DNA of 64,000 bases from an uncultured Gemmatimonas sp. (GTDB lineage: Bacteria > Gemmatimonadota > Gemmatimonadetes > Gemmatimonadales > GWC2-71-9): NCBI GenBank assembly GCA_964439025.1, contig CAYTMW010000006.1, positions 21,833 through 85,832 on the forward strand. Direction: 5' to 3'. The notes beneath the pieces are model-generated. The model made no database searches, had not been told where the DNA came from, and saw only the letters and a program-made list of their open reading frames with translations. Of the stretch, positions 1-9,608 are shown piece by piece. How positions within the stretch are numbered: position 1 is the first letter of the stretch; each line of letters starts with the position of its first letter. Position numbers and translations under genes: made by a program.

Positions 1-1859
1 GTGCTCGCAAAGCCCGGGACGCCGAGCCTCGGTACGTAGCCCAGGTCCTCCCGCGCGCCAAGCAGATTGTACCGGTCGTAATAGGCGGTAAAGGCGCCGA
101 TCTGGAGACCGATGTAGGCGCGCATCTGCGTGGCACCGCGAAGGGTGATGGGATCACCGTCGGCGTTGCGGGCCAGCACTCCGGTCCCCCAGTTCTCCAT
201 GGTGGCCTGGAGCTTCAGATTGAAAATCCCGCTCTTGAAGGTGGGCAGAAACTTGCTCTGAATCGTCGCATTGAGGAGGGAATGCGTGGGGGGTTGCCCC
301 TCGGGGCGGGTGCCGCGCGGCGAGCTGTACCACCCGTCGAAGATCACCCACTGCAGTGGAGCGATCCGCGCGTTCACGCTAATCCAGTTCGTCCGCTCAT
401 TCGCCGATATCGTCGCAAGCTCAGGGTACTGCGCGTAGCCGCCCGGGCGAAAACCGCTGTTCGAGGTGTAGTTCACCTCGATCTCGGCGAGCCGGCTGCG
501 CCATCCGCCTATCAGACTCCGATCGTCCAAGTCGTGCGGCAGGTCGGCGCGGACCGAGGGGAAGGAGAGTCCGAATCCCCGGCGCCATACCGCGCTCACC
601 GAGAAGCCCATCGGCAGGATGACCCCCGCCCGACCGGTAATCCAGCTATTGACGCGGCCGCCGTCATGCCGGAGATACACGGCGTCGACGCTTCCGGTGA
701 ACCACCTCGACGGTGCGATCCCGCCCCGCAGCCGGATCTCGAGGGGCGTCCATGTCGAGCGCCAGAATGCCGAACCCTCGAGGCTGGCCGCCGCCCACCG
801 ATAGGCCGCGAGCACCCCCGCCTGGGTCACATTGCGACGATGATCCTCGAGCGCGTAGGTGGTGTCGGTTTTGACCACGTCGCCGTTGTCGGCGAGCGAA
901 TCAGTGAGGATCCGAGTCGAATCTTTCTCGATTTCGTCGGCATAGCCGGTCCGGGCGACCACCAGGTCGAGTCGCGGGCCGAGTCCGGCCGCACCGCCGC
1001 GCGCCAGAAACACTCGAGCCGACAGATCGGTGCGGGTGCCTGCGCGTGCGCGGCTCAGGGTGTCGGCCGGCGTGCCGCTGCTGAGGACCGCCTCCCGCTC
1101 AGGGGAGTTGCGGAGGAACTGCAGCACCGCGCCGAATCGGTCGGACGGGATGTAGTCGAGTCGGAGCAGCCCCTGCGTGTTGCGGTAATCGCCGGAGACG
1201 CTCGGCTGGGCGGGCACCGAGAAGTGATCGAAGGCCGCGGTGAACCCGAGGCCCGGGCCACCCCGGTTCTCGAGCACACCTTGATAGCGGGCGATCTCGA
1301 GATCGCCGCTCGCGATGCCGATGCGACTGTACGGAACGCTCCGGTCGTGCCGGCGGGTGAACATGAGAACCCGCAACAGACCGGGGAGACGCTCGATCTC
1401 GATCCGGTCCAGAAAACTCAGCGGGAGCAGCGAAGGATCGACCATCAGGGAATCCTGACCCATCGGGAGATAGGGGATTCCGTCCAGCACGTACTCGACC
1501 GAGCCGGCGCCGTGGGCCTGATACGCCGGGAGCTCGGGGCGCCCGGCCCAGCCGCCCCGCAGCAGGAAGACGCCGGGCACCTTGGTGAGAATGTCGCTCA
1601 CCGTTTCGGCATTGTGCCAGAGAATCGAGTCGCGTCCGAACACCAGGCGGGTGGCAGCGGGGAGCAACGCCCCCGCTCCGATGCGGTGGGGGACCGGGAT
1701 GAGGCGCCGCGCATCCTGCTGCGCCTTGAGGAACTGTCCGGTGTAATCGGTCGTGTCACGAGCGAGGGAATCGGCGCGCGTCGTGTCGGCCACCTGGGCG
1801 GCGAGCGGGGCGGTCCCCGCGGCAAGCAGGAATGCCGCCGTGAGGTAAGAGTGCTTCAC
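1..1859 (-). CDS. TonB-dependent-receptor-like outer-membrane beta-barrel protein, C-terminus lies outside the window
   Basis: Own minus-strand translation from GTG at 1859-1857 (GTGA overlap with the pepA stop). It gives a VKHSYLTAAFLLAAGTAPLAAQ signal peptide, then plug-like TVSDILTKVPGVFLLRGG..VEYVLDGIPY..LDRIEIERLPG. The frame stays open to base 1 with a beta-strand-like alternating pattern. Not in the ORF track because no stop lies in the window. Confidence 0.6.
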   Translation of the reverse strand, partial: MKHSYLTAAFLLAAGTAPLAAQVADTTRADSLARDTTDYTGQFLKAQQDARRLIPVPHRIGAGALLPAATRLVFGRDSILWHNAETVSDILTKVPGVFLLRGGWAGRPELPAYQAHGAGSVEYVLDGIPYLPMGQDSLMVDPSLLPLSFLDRIEIERLPGLLRVLMFTRRHDRSVPYSRIGIASGDLEIARYQGVLENRGGPGLGFTAAFDHFSVPAQPSVSGDYRNTQGLLRLDYIPSDRFGAVLQFLRNSPEREAVLSSGTPADTLSRARAGTRTDLSARVFLARGGAAGLGPRLDLVVARTGYADEIEKDSTRILTDSLADNGDVVKTDTTYALEDHRRNVTQAGVLAAYRWAAASLEGSAFWRSTWTPLEIRLRGGIAPSRWFTGSVDAVYLRHDGGRVNSWITGRAGVILPMGFSVSAVWRRGFGLSFPSVRADLPHDLDDRSLIGGWRSRLAEIEVNYTSNSGFRPGGYAQYPELATISANERTNWISVNARIAPLQWVIFDGWYSSPRGTRPEGQPPTHSLLNATIQSKFLPTFKSGIFNLKLQATMENWGTGVLARNADGDPITLRGATQMRAYIGLQIGAFTAYYDRYNLLGAREDLGYVPRLGVPGFAS

Positions 1860-3337
1860 ACTCGCGCGAGCAGGAACTCGCTGAACAGGCGTACACCCAT
1901 GCCGGTGGGTCCCTTTCCCATCGCGGGATCATCCCGGTCGCTGTACGCGGTGCCGGCAATATCCAGATGGGCCCAGGGGAAACTCTCGGCGAATTCGCGC
2001 AGAAACCAGGCGGCCGAGATGCTCCCGGCCGACCGCCCGCCGCTGTTCTTGACGTCGGCAATCTCGGACTTGTTGAGGTCGCGATACTCGTCCCAGAGCG
2101 GCAGCTCCCAGGCGCGCTCGTTGGCCCGCTGGCCGGCGGCGAGCAGATCGCGCACCAGGCCGGCATCGGTCCCCATCAGTCCCGACGCGGTATGTCCCAG
2201 CGCGATGCTGATGGCGCCGGTGAGTGTCGCGATGTCGACGACGCAGGCCGGGGAAAAGCGGCGCGCGTACGAAAGGGCGTCGGCCAGGAGGAGGCGGCCT
2301 TCGGCGTCGGTATTCACGATCTCGATGGTTTTGCCGAACTGGCTGGTGACGACGTCCCCCGGCTTGATCGCGGTGCCGGAGGGCATGTTCTCCGCGGACG
2401 GAATCAGCCCGACGACATGAAGACGCGGCCGCAGCCGTCCCAGCATTTCAAACGTGCCGAGCACCGCGGCGGCGCCCGACATGTCGTACTTCATGTCCTC
2501 CATCCCCTGCGCCGGCTTGATGGAGATTCCGCCGGTATCGAAGGAGACGCCCTTCCCGATGAGGACGACCGGCGGTCCTTCCGCACCTTTGTATTCGAGC
2601 ACGATGAAGCGCGGATCTTCGCCACTTCCCTGCGCGACCGCGAGGAGAGCTCCCATCTTCTCCTCCGCGATGGCGGCTTTGTCGAGCACCGTCACTTCCA
2701 GACCGAGGCGAGGGCCCATCTCGGCGGCGAGCTCGCCGATCCGGCTTGGAGGCAGGTGGTTGCCCGGCAGCACCTGAATTCCCCGGCAGACCAAATGTCC
2801 CGCCGCGATGGCAGCGCCGATTGCATGTCCCGCGCGCACGGTATCAATCTCGGACGGGGCCAGAATATCGAGCCGTTCATACGGAGGTTTCTTTTCTTCC
2901 GGCGGCTGCTTCATCGTGAGGTAGTGCCACGCCCCCTGCGCCGCGCCTTCCGCGGCCAGCTGCCCGGTGTCTTTCGCGTCCACCGTTCCGCGCGCTTCCG
3001 GAGTGACGAACAGCGCAGCGCTCGGCAACCCGAGCGTCCGCGCGCGCCTGCTCCCGATCGCCGTTCCCCGCCGAATCGCGGTGCGGCTCCCCTCACCGGG
3101 CGCGCCGAGCCCGACCAACAGCAGCCGAGGCCTCGCGCCCTCCGCGTACAGCAGCGCCGTCTCGTCTTTCTTGCCGGTGAAATCTCCCGCGACATAACAG
3201 CGCGCGATCACACCCTTGCTCACCTTGTCCAGCGCGGCGAGCGACGCGGGCTGTGCGCCCTGGGGCACGAGCAGGATCAGCAGGGGTGTTGCGTGAGCTT
3301 CTGGCGCTGCGGGAATGACCTGGGTCTCGAAGGTCAT
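1856..3337 (-). CDS. pepA: leucyl aminopeptidase, M17 family
   Basis: VNTDAEGRLLLADAL (NTDAEGRL signature). The 509-aa ORF was trimmed to the internal ATG (MTFETQVIP). Confidence 0.9.
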   Translation of the reverse strand: MTFETQVIPAAPEAHATPLLILLVPQGAQPASLAALDKVSKGVIARCYVAGDFTGKKDETALLYAEGARPRLLLVGLGAPGEGSRTAIRRGTAIGSRRARTLGLPSAALFVTPEARGTVDAKDTGQLAAEGAAQGAWHYLTMKQPPEEKKPPYERLDILAPSEIDTVRAGHAIGAAIAAGHLVCRGIQVLPGNHLPPSRIGELAAEMGPRLGLEVTVLDKAAIAEEKMGALLAVAQGSGEDPRFIVLEYKGAEGPPVVLIGKGVSFDTGGISIKPAQGMEDMKYDMSGAAAVLGTFEMLGRLRPRLHVVGLIPSAENMPSGTAIKPGDVVTSQFGKTIEIVNTDAEGRLLLADALSYARRFSPACVVDIATLTGAISIALGHTASGLMGTDAGLVRDLLAAGQRANERAWELPLWDEYRDLNKSEIADVKNSGGRSAGSISAAWFLREFAESFPWAHLDIAGTAYSDRDDPAMGKGPTGMGVRLFSEFLLARV

Positions 3338-3373
3338 GAAGGTCCGGTCAGGGGAGTGGGAGAAACTAATGGC

Positions 3374-3443
3374 GCTAACAGCCAACGGCTAACGGTCGGG
3401 CTCACGGCCGTCTGCAAGCGGTCATCGGCTAGCCGTTAGCCGC
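3374..3443. repeat. hairpin with arms built from tandem GCTAACG-like heptamers
   Basis: Left arm is GCTAACA-GCCAACG-GCTAACG-G. Right arm is CGGCTAGCCGTTAGCCGC. A 10-bp stem CGGCTAACGG/CCGTTAGCCG lies immediately 3' of the tRNA-Leu. Confidence 0.4.
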
Positions 3444-3449
3444 TTCTCA

Positions 3450-3532
3450 TGCCCGAGGCGAGAGTCGAACTCGCATGGGGTTGCCCCCGGCGGATTTTGA
3501 GTCCGCTGCGTCTGCCATTCCGCCACTCGGGC
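3450..3532 (-). tRNA. tRNA-Leu, anticodon CAA
   Basis: 83-nt minus-strand read: GCCCGAG acceptor paired with CTCGGGC plus discriminator A, anticodon loop CT-CAA-AA, long variable arm, T-arm GAGTTCGACTCTC. CCA is not encoded. Confidence 0.9.
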
Positions 3533-3563
3533 CGGCCTCAAATATAACGTCCTGAACGACGAA

Positions 3564-3581
3564 GGGCCGCCGGAGCGGCCC
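3564..3581 (-). terminator. candidate intrinsic terminator after the Spy-like gene
   Basis: Minus strand GGGCCGC-TCCG-GCGGCCC followed by TTCGTCGTT. The T-tract is weak. Confidence 0.4.
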
Positions 3582-3608
3582 CTCGGGTGTGCGCGTTCGA
3601 GCGGCGTG

Positions 3609-4124
3609 TTACGGTCGGCGGTTCGGGCGGAACGGACCGACGGGCGCCTGCGGGCGACCCTGCTGCAACTCCTGCACCCGCTGCATCAACCGGTCGCGTG
3701 TCAGGAGGTACTGTCCCCGCTGCACCGGATTTAGAATGGCGGCCAGCTCGCGCATTTCGTCCTTGAACGTCTGCGCGTAGGCGACCCGATGATTGGTGAG
3801 CGCATCCACCAGCTTCGCGACGCTGTCGGCGTTGGCGGCGACGCCGGGACGGAGTTGGAAGGCCAGCGCCTGACGCATCCGTCGCTCCTCCTGCTCCATG
3901 CCGCGCCGCCTGGCGGCGAGCCCGCCCAGGGCCACCCGCACCTTCGTCGCCTGATCATCCGTCAGTCCGAGCTCCTCCCGGAGCCGCTCGCCGAAGCGCT
4001 GCTCGACCATTTGCCGCAGCCGCTCCGCTCGCACCGGATCGTTGAGCGTGTCCTGGGTCATGCCGAGAGAAGGCAAGCCGGCCAGCATAGCGATCACCAG
4101 CAGTCCACGGTATTTCATCTTCAC
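3609..4124 (-). CDS. periplasmic Spy/CpxP-family (LTXXQ) protein
   Basis: Signal peptide MKMKYRGLLVIAMLAGLPSLG, LTDDQ motif, helical and charged composition. GTGA overlap with the anti-sigma stop. Confidence 0.6.
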   Translation of the reverse strand: MKMKYRGLLVIAMLAGLPSLGMTQDTLNDPVRAERLRQMVEQRFGERLREELGLTDDQATKVRVALGGLAARRRGMEQEERRMRQALAFQLRPGVAANADSVAKLVDALTNHRVAYAQTFKDEMRELAAILNPVQRGQYLLTRDRLMQRVQELQQGRPQAPVGPFRPNRRP

Positions 4125-4636
4125 TCCATCGATTGGAGCATGCGCTCCAGGTCCTTCTCCGACAGATCGCCGATCGGAGCGGCCTCCACATGGAGCGCCT
4201 CGTCCGCGGCGGGGGGAATGGTCTCCAGTACCGCCTCGAGCTCCGCCGGTGTCAGCCCGTCGAGCTCATGCAGCACCGCAATCTCGGCGGCCGGGGCAAC
4301 GCCCTCGGAGGAAGTCGTTCCCCGAGGAAAGAACACAACCAGGGCGATCGCGGCGGCGGCCGCGAATCCGATCGCAACCCGGCGGCCCGCCCTCGGCGCT
4401 GTACCCGGATTCGAGGCAGGCTCGCTCGCGAGCCGTCGGCCAACGATGGCCACCACCCGCGCGGCATCGACTCGCTCCGCAGGGGAGCGGCCGAGCGTTC
4501 GCGCGGTGCGCACGATCTCCCACTCCAGCCGGCACTCCGCGCACCGCTCCAGATGCGCCGCCTCCTCCACGGACCAGCGCGCGAGCCGATGAGCCACGGA
4601 GTGCAGCCGGTCGGAATCCAGGTGCGAGTCGATCAT
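4121..4636 (-). CDS. anti-sigma factor with zinc-finger (ZAS-type) N-terminus and one TM segment
   Basis: HLERCAEC (H-x3-C-x2-C) near the N-terminus, TM segment VAIGFAAAAAIALVVFF. ATGA overlap with the sigma gene stop. Confidence 0.75.
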   Translation of the reverse strand: MIDSHLDSDRLHSVAHRLARWSVEEAAHLERCAECRLEWEIVRTARTLGRSPAERVDAARVVAIVGRRLASEPASNPGTAPRAGRRVAIGFAAAAAIALVVFFPRGTTSSEGVAPAAEIAVLHELDGLTPAELEAVLETIPPAADEALHVEAAPIGDLSEKDLERMLQSME

Positions 4637-5181
4637 TTCATCATGTCCTTGAGCCGCTTGACCGCATGGTGGTAATGCACTCGGGCCGCGCCGGGAGTCG
4701 TGCCGAGTGCGGCACAGATCTCCTCGTACTCGAGACCCTGCTGCGCCCGGAGGAGAAAAACCTCGCGCTGCAGCCTCGGAAGCTGGCTGAGCCCTTCACG
4801 GAGCTTGCGCTCCATTTCGGTCGCGCCCGCCTCTCCTTCAGGATCTGACGAGTCGGCCAGATCCTGGTCCTCGAGCGAGAGGACCACCCTCCTGCCCTCT
4901 TTCCGGTACCAGTCCTTCCGCAGGTTCGCACCGATACGGAAGAGCCAGCTTCGAAAAGTCGCCTCCCCCCGCCACCCCTCGAGCGCCCGGAAGGCCTTGA
5001 AGAAGGTTTCCTGGACAAGATCGTCGAGATCCGAGGGATCCGCCCCGGCACCGTAGAGGTACCGTCCGAGGGCTGCGGCGTGCCGCTGGACGAGCTCCGT
5101 GGCTGCGCCATCATCTCCCGACCGGAATGCGGTGACGAGGACGGGGTCGGACCGGGGTGACTCCTCGCTCAGCGGACGCAT
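4633..5181 (-). CDS. ECF (sigma-70 family) RNA polymerase sigma factor
   Basis: Region 2 DLVQETFFKAFRAL, region 4 LPRLQREVFLLRAQQGLEYEEICAALG..ARVHYHHAVKRLK. The 311-aa ORF was trimmed to the ATG at 5181 (MRPLSEES). The exact start is uncertain. Confidence 0.85.
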   Translation of the reverse strand: MRPLSEESPRSDPVLVTAFRSGDDGAATELVQRHAAALGRYLYGAGADPSDLDDLVQETFFKAFRALEGWRGEATFRSWLFRIGANLRKDWYRKEGRRVVLSLEDQDLADSSDPEGEAGATEMERKLREGLSQLPRLQREVFLLRAQQGLEYEEICAALGTTPGAARVHYHHAVKRLKDMMK

Positions 5182-5373
5182 CGGTCGTTGAAAGGACGCA
5201 AGTCGAGGCCCCTCGTTAACTTGAACGCGGCCGGATGGCATCCGGGCGGCCCCCGGTTCGTGGCCCCGGCCGGTCTCAACACGGTTCGGCAGCGAGGCAA
5301 TCGACATTTTCGACCGACGTGGACGAATCTCACAAAGTATTGCTCCGCCAACTCTTAAGACTCCACAAATTGG

Positions 5374-6084
5374 GTGCTTTATCCAGATCCCGACGGCAAC
5401 TCTCGACCGGTGAGCATCGTGTCGCCCAGAATCCTCGCCCACCGGGGGGCATCCGGCTATGCATTCGAGAACTCGCTCGCGGCGTTCCGCGAGGCCAGGC
5501 GTCTGGGGGCGGCCGGCGTCGAGCTGGACATCCACCCATCGGCGGATGGGGCGCTGATAGTACACCACGACCCTGAGATCGAGCGGGCCGGCGCCATCAG
5601 CAGCCTTCGACTGGAGGAGATCCGGACCATCAGGCTGCCCAACGGAGAGCAGATCCCTACCCTCCCCGAGGCGTTGGACACCTGCCAGGGGCTCGAGGTG
5701 TGGATCGAAGTGAAAGCGCTCCCACGCGAACTGGACGACAGGCTCCTGGGAGCAGTGGCCGCGGCGGACCCGTTACTCATCGGAGTGCACGCCTTCGACC
5801 ACCGCATCATTGCCCGGCTTGGAGCACGCCGCCCGAACCTCCGGTGCGGAATCCTCTCTGTCGGGTATCCCGTGGATCCGGTGGCGCCGATGATCGCCGC
5901 CGGCGCGATGGCTCTCTGGCAGGAGTGGCACCTGATCGACCCGGAACTCGTTCAATCGGTCCATCGTAGAGGGGGAGAGATCATCGCGTGGACCGTCCCC
6001 GATGCAACGACGGCGGCGCACCTCGCGGCGATGGGCGTCGATGCCCTCTGCGGGAACTACCCCGACCGGTTGCAAATCCGCTAG
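5374..6084 (+). CDS. glycerophosphodiester phosphodiesterase family protein
   Basis: ILAHRGASGYAFENSLAAF..GVELDIHPSADGALIVHHD, the typical GDPD N-terminal motifs. Confidence 0.8.
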   Translation: MLYPDPDGNSRPVSIVSPRILAHRGASGYAFENSLAAFREARRLGAAGVELDIHPSADGALIVHHDPEIERAGAISSLRLEEIRTIRLPNGEQIPTLPEALDTCQGLEVWIEVKALPRELDDRLLGAVAAADPLLIGVHAFDHRIIARLGARRPNLRCGILSVGYPVDPVAPMIAAGAMALWQEWHLIDPELVQSVHRRGGEIIAWTVPDATTAAHLAAMGVDALCGNYPDRLQIR

Positions 6085-6115
6085 TTTTGTCCGTCCTCAG
6101 CAAGGATTCCATGCA

Positions 6116-7474
6116 ATGCTCTCACGACGCTGCCTCGCGCCCCTGACGGCACTGGCTGCCTCGATCGGATCGACCGGATCGGCGGCTGCCCAAGAGCCGG
6201 CCCGCATCATGTTCGACACCTATAAGCTCGCGAATGGCCTCACGGTCATCCTCGCGCCCGACCGGACCTCGCAAGTCGTGGCGATCGACGTCTGGTACAA
6301 CGTCGGCTCCCGGAACGAGGCGCTGGGCCGCACCGGATTCGCCCACCTCTTCGAGCACATGATGTTCCAGGGCTCCGCCAACGTGAAGAAGGCGGAGCAC
6401 TTTCAGCTCATCGAGCGGGCCGGCGGGGAGATGAACGGCAGCACCGCGGAAGACCGGACCAACTATTACGAGGCACTTCCGTCGAACCGGCTCAACCTGG
6501 GGCTCTGGCTCGAAGCCGACCGGATGCGCTCGCTCGCGATCACCGATTCCAACTTTGCCAACCAGCGCGAGGCGGTAAAAGAAGAGCGCAGGCTGCGGGT
6601 GGACAATCAGCCGTACACCGGCGCGATCTTCGAGGGCATGTACGCCCTCGCCGACAGCGCCACCTGTCTTCCGTACGCCCATTCGGTGATCGGGTCGATG
6701 GACGATCTCAACGCCGCGAAGACACCGGACGTGAAGGCATTCTTCGACCTCTACTACGCCCCGAACAACGCCACCCTCACGGTGGTCGGCGATTTCGACC
6801 CGACACCGACCAAAGCGCTCATCCAGCAATACTTCGGGGAAATCCCGCGGGGCCAGTCGCCGCCGCCGGTGACCTGTCAGGCCACGTTTTCACCGGGCGC
6901 CATCCATCGGACCTGGCCCGATCCCAAGGCCAGCCTTCCCGCGGTGATGCTCGCCTATCGGCTCCCCGAGTACAAGAGTGCCGACACGCCCGCGCTCGAG
7001 CTTCTCGCCAGCATCCTCGGACAGGGTGAAAGCTCGCGCATCAACAAGACCGTAGTTCGCGAGAAGAAGCTGGCGCAGGCCGCGTTCGTCCTCAGCAATC
7101 CCTTCGGCCCCCGAAGGGGACCCGGCGTCCTGCTCGCGCTCGGGATCGCGAACCAGGGCGTCAAGGTGGATTCTATCGCCGCGGCGCTGGCCGCCGAGTT
7201 TAACCGGGTGGCCCGAGAGGGAGTGACGGAGGCCGAGCTCAGCAAGGCCAAGAACGGCTACCGCACCCAGTTGATCATTCAGCAGCAACGGGCGCTCAAT
7301 AAGGCCGAAGCGCTGCAGAGCGCGAGCCTCTTTCTCGGCGAGCCCGATGCGGTGAACACCAACTGGCGCAGATTCCTGGCGGTGACCGGCGCGGACATCA
7401 AGCGGGTGGCGGCCACGTATTTCCGGCCGGAAAATTCGCTCACGATTCTCATCACCGCGGGGGCCGCCCAATGA
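6116..7474 (+). CDS. M16 family zinc peptidase, catalytic-type subunit, secreted
   Basis: HLFEHMMFQGS (HxxEH inverted zincin). Signal peptide MLSRRCLAPLTALAASIGSTGSAAAQ. Start trimmed to 6116. Confidence 0.9.
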   Translation: MLSRRCLAPLTALAASIGSTGSAAAQEPARIMFDTYKLANGLTVILAPDRTSQVVAIDVWYNVGSRNEALGRTGFAHLFEHMMFQGSANVKKAEHFQLIERAGGEMNGSTAEDRTNYYEALPSNRLNLGLWLEADRMRSLAITDSNFANQREAVKEERRLRVDNQPYTGAIFEGMYALADSATCLPYAHSVIGSMDDLNAAKTPDVKAFFDLYYAPNNATLTVVGDFDPTPTKALIQQYFGEIPRGQSPPPVTCQATFSPGAIHRTWPDPKASLPAVMLAYRLPEYKSADTPALELLASILGQGESSRINKTVVREKKLAQAAFVLSNPFGPRRGPGVLLALGIANQGVKVDSIAAALAAEFNRVAREGVTEAELSKAKNGYRTQLIIQQQRALNKAEALQSASLFLGEPDAVNTNWRRFLAVTGADIKRVAATYFRPENSLTILITAGAAQ

Positions 7475-9558
7475 CCCGACTCCTTCGAGCTGGCGTCCTC
7501 CTCGCCGCCGTGATCGCGATTGCCCACCCGGTGACCGCGCAGGGTCATCCGAAAACTCCGCCGCCTGCGGGACCGCTGACTCCTGCGCCATTTCCGCCCT
7601 TCCAGGAAGCGGTGCTGCCGAATGGGCTCCGTCTCCTCGTGGTGACGAGCCGGAAGCAGCCGGTCGTCTCGGTCTCGCTCAACTTTTCCGCCGGCTCGAG
7701 CGTCGACCCGGCCGGGAAGGAAGGGCTCGCCTCGATGGTGGCGGGACTCCTCACCAAGGGCGCCGGAAGCAGGACGGCCGAGCAGGTCGCCGAGGCAATC
7801 GAAGGCGCCGGAGGGACGCTCAACGCCGGCGCGGGGGCGGATTTCCTTTCGATCGGCGCGACGGTGCTCACCACGAGCCTGCCCCTCGCCATCGAGCTCA
7901 TCGGCGACGGGGTGGTGCGCCCCGCGTTTGCCGACAAGGAGATGGAGCTGCTGCGGACCCAGACGCTCTCGGCGTTGCAGGTGCAGTTGACGCAGCCCGC
8001 GGCCATCGCGGACCGGGTGTTCCGTCGTGCCGTCTACAGCGCGCACCCGTATTCCCGGAGCGAGCTCCCCGCGAGCCTCAAGGCGATCACCCGAGCCGAT
8101 CTCGTGGCGTTTCACCGCTCACGGCTCAGGCCCGGAGGCGCCCTGCTCGTGGTGGCGGGAGACGTGACGCTCGCCGAAGCGCGCCGACTCGCCCTGCGCG
8201 CGTTCCAGGGATGGACCGGTGCCGCGGCGGCCGTCGCCCCCTTCCGCGCTCCTCCGATCCGCACGAGCACCGAGCTGATCCTGGTCCATCGTCCCGGCTC
8301 GGTGCAATCGAACCTCGTGGTGGGCAACCTCACCTACCTCGCCACCGATCCGCGGACCTACGCGGCAACCGTCGCTAACCAAGTGCTGGGCGGCGGAGCG
8401 TCGAGCCGGTTGTTCATGACACTCCGCGAACAGAAGAGCTGGACCTATGGCGCGTATTCGGGATACACCCGGCGAAAAGGGATCGGCTCGTTCAGCGCGA
8501 CGACCGAAGTCCGAACCGAGGTGACCGATTCGGCGCTCCGCGAGCTCTTGAGCCAGTTGGATCGTATCGGCGCCGAGGCGGTGCCGCTTGCGGAGCTGGA
8601 AGACTCGAAGGGCGCGATCACCGGGAGCTACCCGCTCTCCATCGAATCGGCGGATCAGGTGGCCTTGGCCGTCGCCAACGCGCGGATCTATGGTTTGCCC
8701 GCCGAGTACGTGCAGACCTACCGGGTGCGGATCGGCGCCGTCACCGCCGCGCAGGCTCAGGCAGTGGCCAAGGCGACGATCCGGCCGCGCGCCGCCGCGA
8801 TCGTCGTCGTGGGAGACGGGGCCAAGATCTACGACCGCATCAAGGACATCGCCCCGGTCACCATCGTGGATCCCGAAGGCAAGCCGCTCACGCCGGCGGA
8901 CCTCTCTCCCAAAGCGGCCAGGCTCGACCTCGATCTGTCCTCGCTTGCGTCACGCCGCGACAGCTTTACCGTCCGATTCAGCGGCACCGACGCAGGGTGG
9001 ATGCGGGGTGTGTTCGACAAGACCGCGGATGGCTTCCGCTACGTCGAGGACACCCGCCTCGGCGGCTTCGTGGTGCAGACGACCACGCTCGAGATGGACC
9101 CGACCGGTGCCATGAAGTCGGTCAAGCAGGTCGGCAAGGTGCAGGGGCAGGACGTGGCGATCGATGTGGCCTACGCGGGGGGCCGGGCGAAGGGAACCGC
9201 CAGCAGCCCCGATCCCGGGAGCGGACAGATCAAGAAGCTCACCATCGACACCGTACTGACCGAGGGAACGCTCGACGACAACGCGGTACAGGCCCTCATC
9301 CCCGCGTTCAAATGGCGGCCCGATGGCAAGTGGACGTTCAACGTGCTGAGCGCCGGGCAGGGTGAAATCAAGCCCTGGACCCTCGCGGTGAGCGGGGTGG
9401 AGACGCTGACGATCGGCGGCAGGCCGGTCGAGGCCTACAAGGCGGAGCTGACCGGACCGGCGGCACCGCTCACGCTCTGGGTGAGCACGGCGAAGCCCCA
9501 CGACCTGCTCAAGATCGCCATTGTAGGTCAACCCCTGGAATTCGTGCGGGTGCCGTAG
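7471..9558 (+). CDS. M16-family peptidase-like subunit lacking HxxEH, with a C-terminal extension of about 225 aa
   Basis: M16 fold pattern (GLASMVAGLLTKGAGSRTAEQV..) with no His-x-x-Glu-His. ATGA overlap with the upstream M16 gene. Extra beta-rich C-terminus from about 8880. Confidence 0.8.
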   Translation: MTRLLRAGVLLAAVIAIAHPVTAQGHPKTPPPAGPLTPAPFPPFQEAVLPNGLRLLVVTSRKQPVVSVSLNFSAGSSVDPAGKEGLASMVAGLLTKGAGSRTAEQVAEAIEGAGGTLNAGAGADFLSIGATVLTTSLPLAIELIGDGVVRPAFADKEMELLRTQTLSALQVQLTQPAAIADRVFRRAVYSAHPYSRSELPASLKAITRADLVAFHRSRLRPGGALLVVAGDVTLAEARRLALRAFQGWTGAAAAVAPFRAPPIRTSTELILVHRPGSVQSNLVVGNLTYLATDPRTYAATVANQVLGGGASSRLFMTLREQKSWTYGAYSGYTRRKGIGSFSATTEVRTEVTDSALRELLSQLDRIGAEAVPLAELEDSKGAITGSYPLSIESADQVALAVANARIYGLPAEYVQTYRVRIGAVTAAQAQAVAKATIRPRAAAIVVVGDGAKIYDRIKDIAPVTIVDPEGKPLTPADLSPKAARLDLDLSSLASRRDSFTVRFSGTDAGWMRGVFDKTADGFRYVEDTRLGGFVVQTTTLEMDPTGAMKSVKQVGKVQGQDVAIDVAYAGGRAKGTASSPDPGSGQIKKLTIDTVLTEGTLDDNAVQALIPAFKWRPDGKWTFNVLSAGQGEIKPWTLAVSGVETLTIGGRPVEAYKAELTGPAAPLTLWVSTAKPHDLLKIAIVGQPLEFVRVP

Positions 9559-9608
9559 CATCACCCGAGAAGCGGCCCGGCAGTTCTTACACCCGAGGAG
9601 AGCGCGTC

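Noticed and set aside
282-3439. Long plus-strand ORFs 282-2420 (712 aa) and 1967-3439 (490 aa)
   Set aside because: Arg/Gly/Pro/Ala-rich with no motifs. They lie antisense to a beta-barrel protein frame and to pepA, which carries the NTDAEGRL signature. This is a typical high-GC shadow ORF pattern.
3533-3560. Promoter for tRNA-Leu (TATATT about 9 nt upstream of the mature 5' end)
   Set aside because: The -10-like hexamer is present, but no acceptable -35 element lies at 16-18 nt spacing. Too weak to report as a feature.
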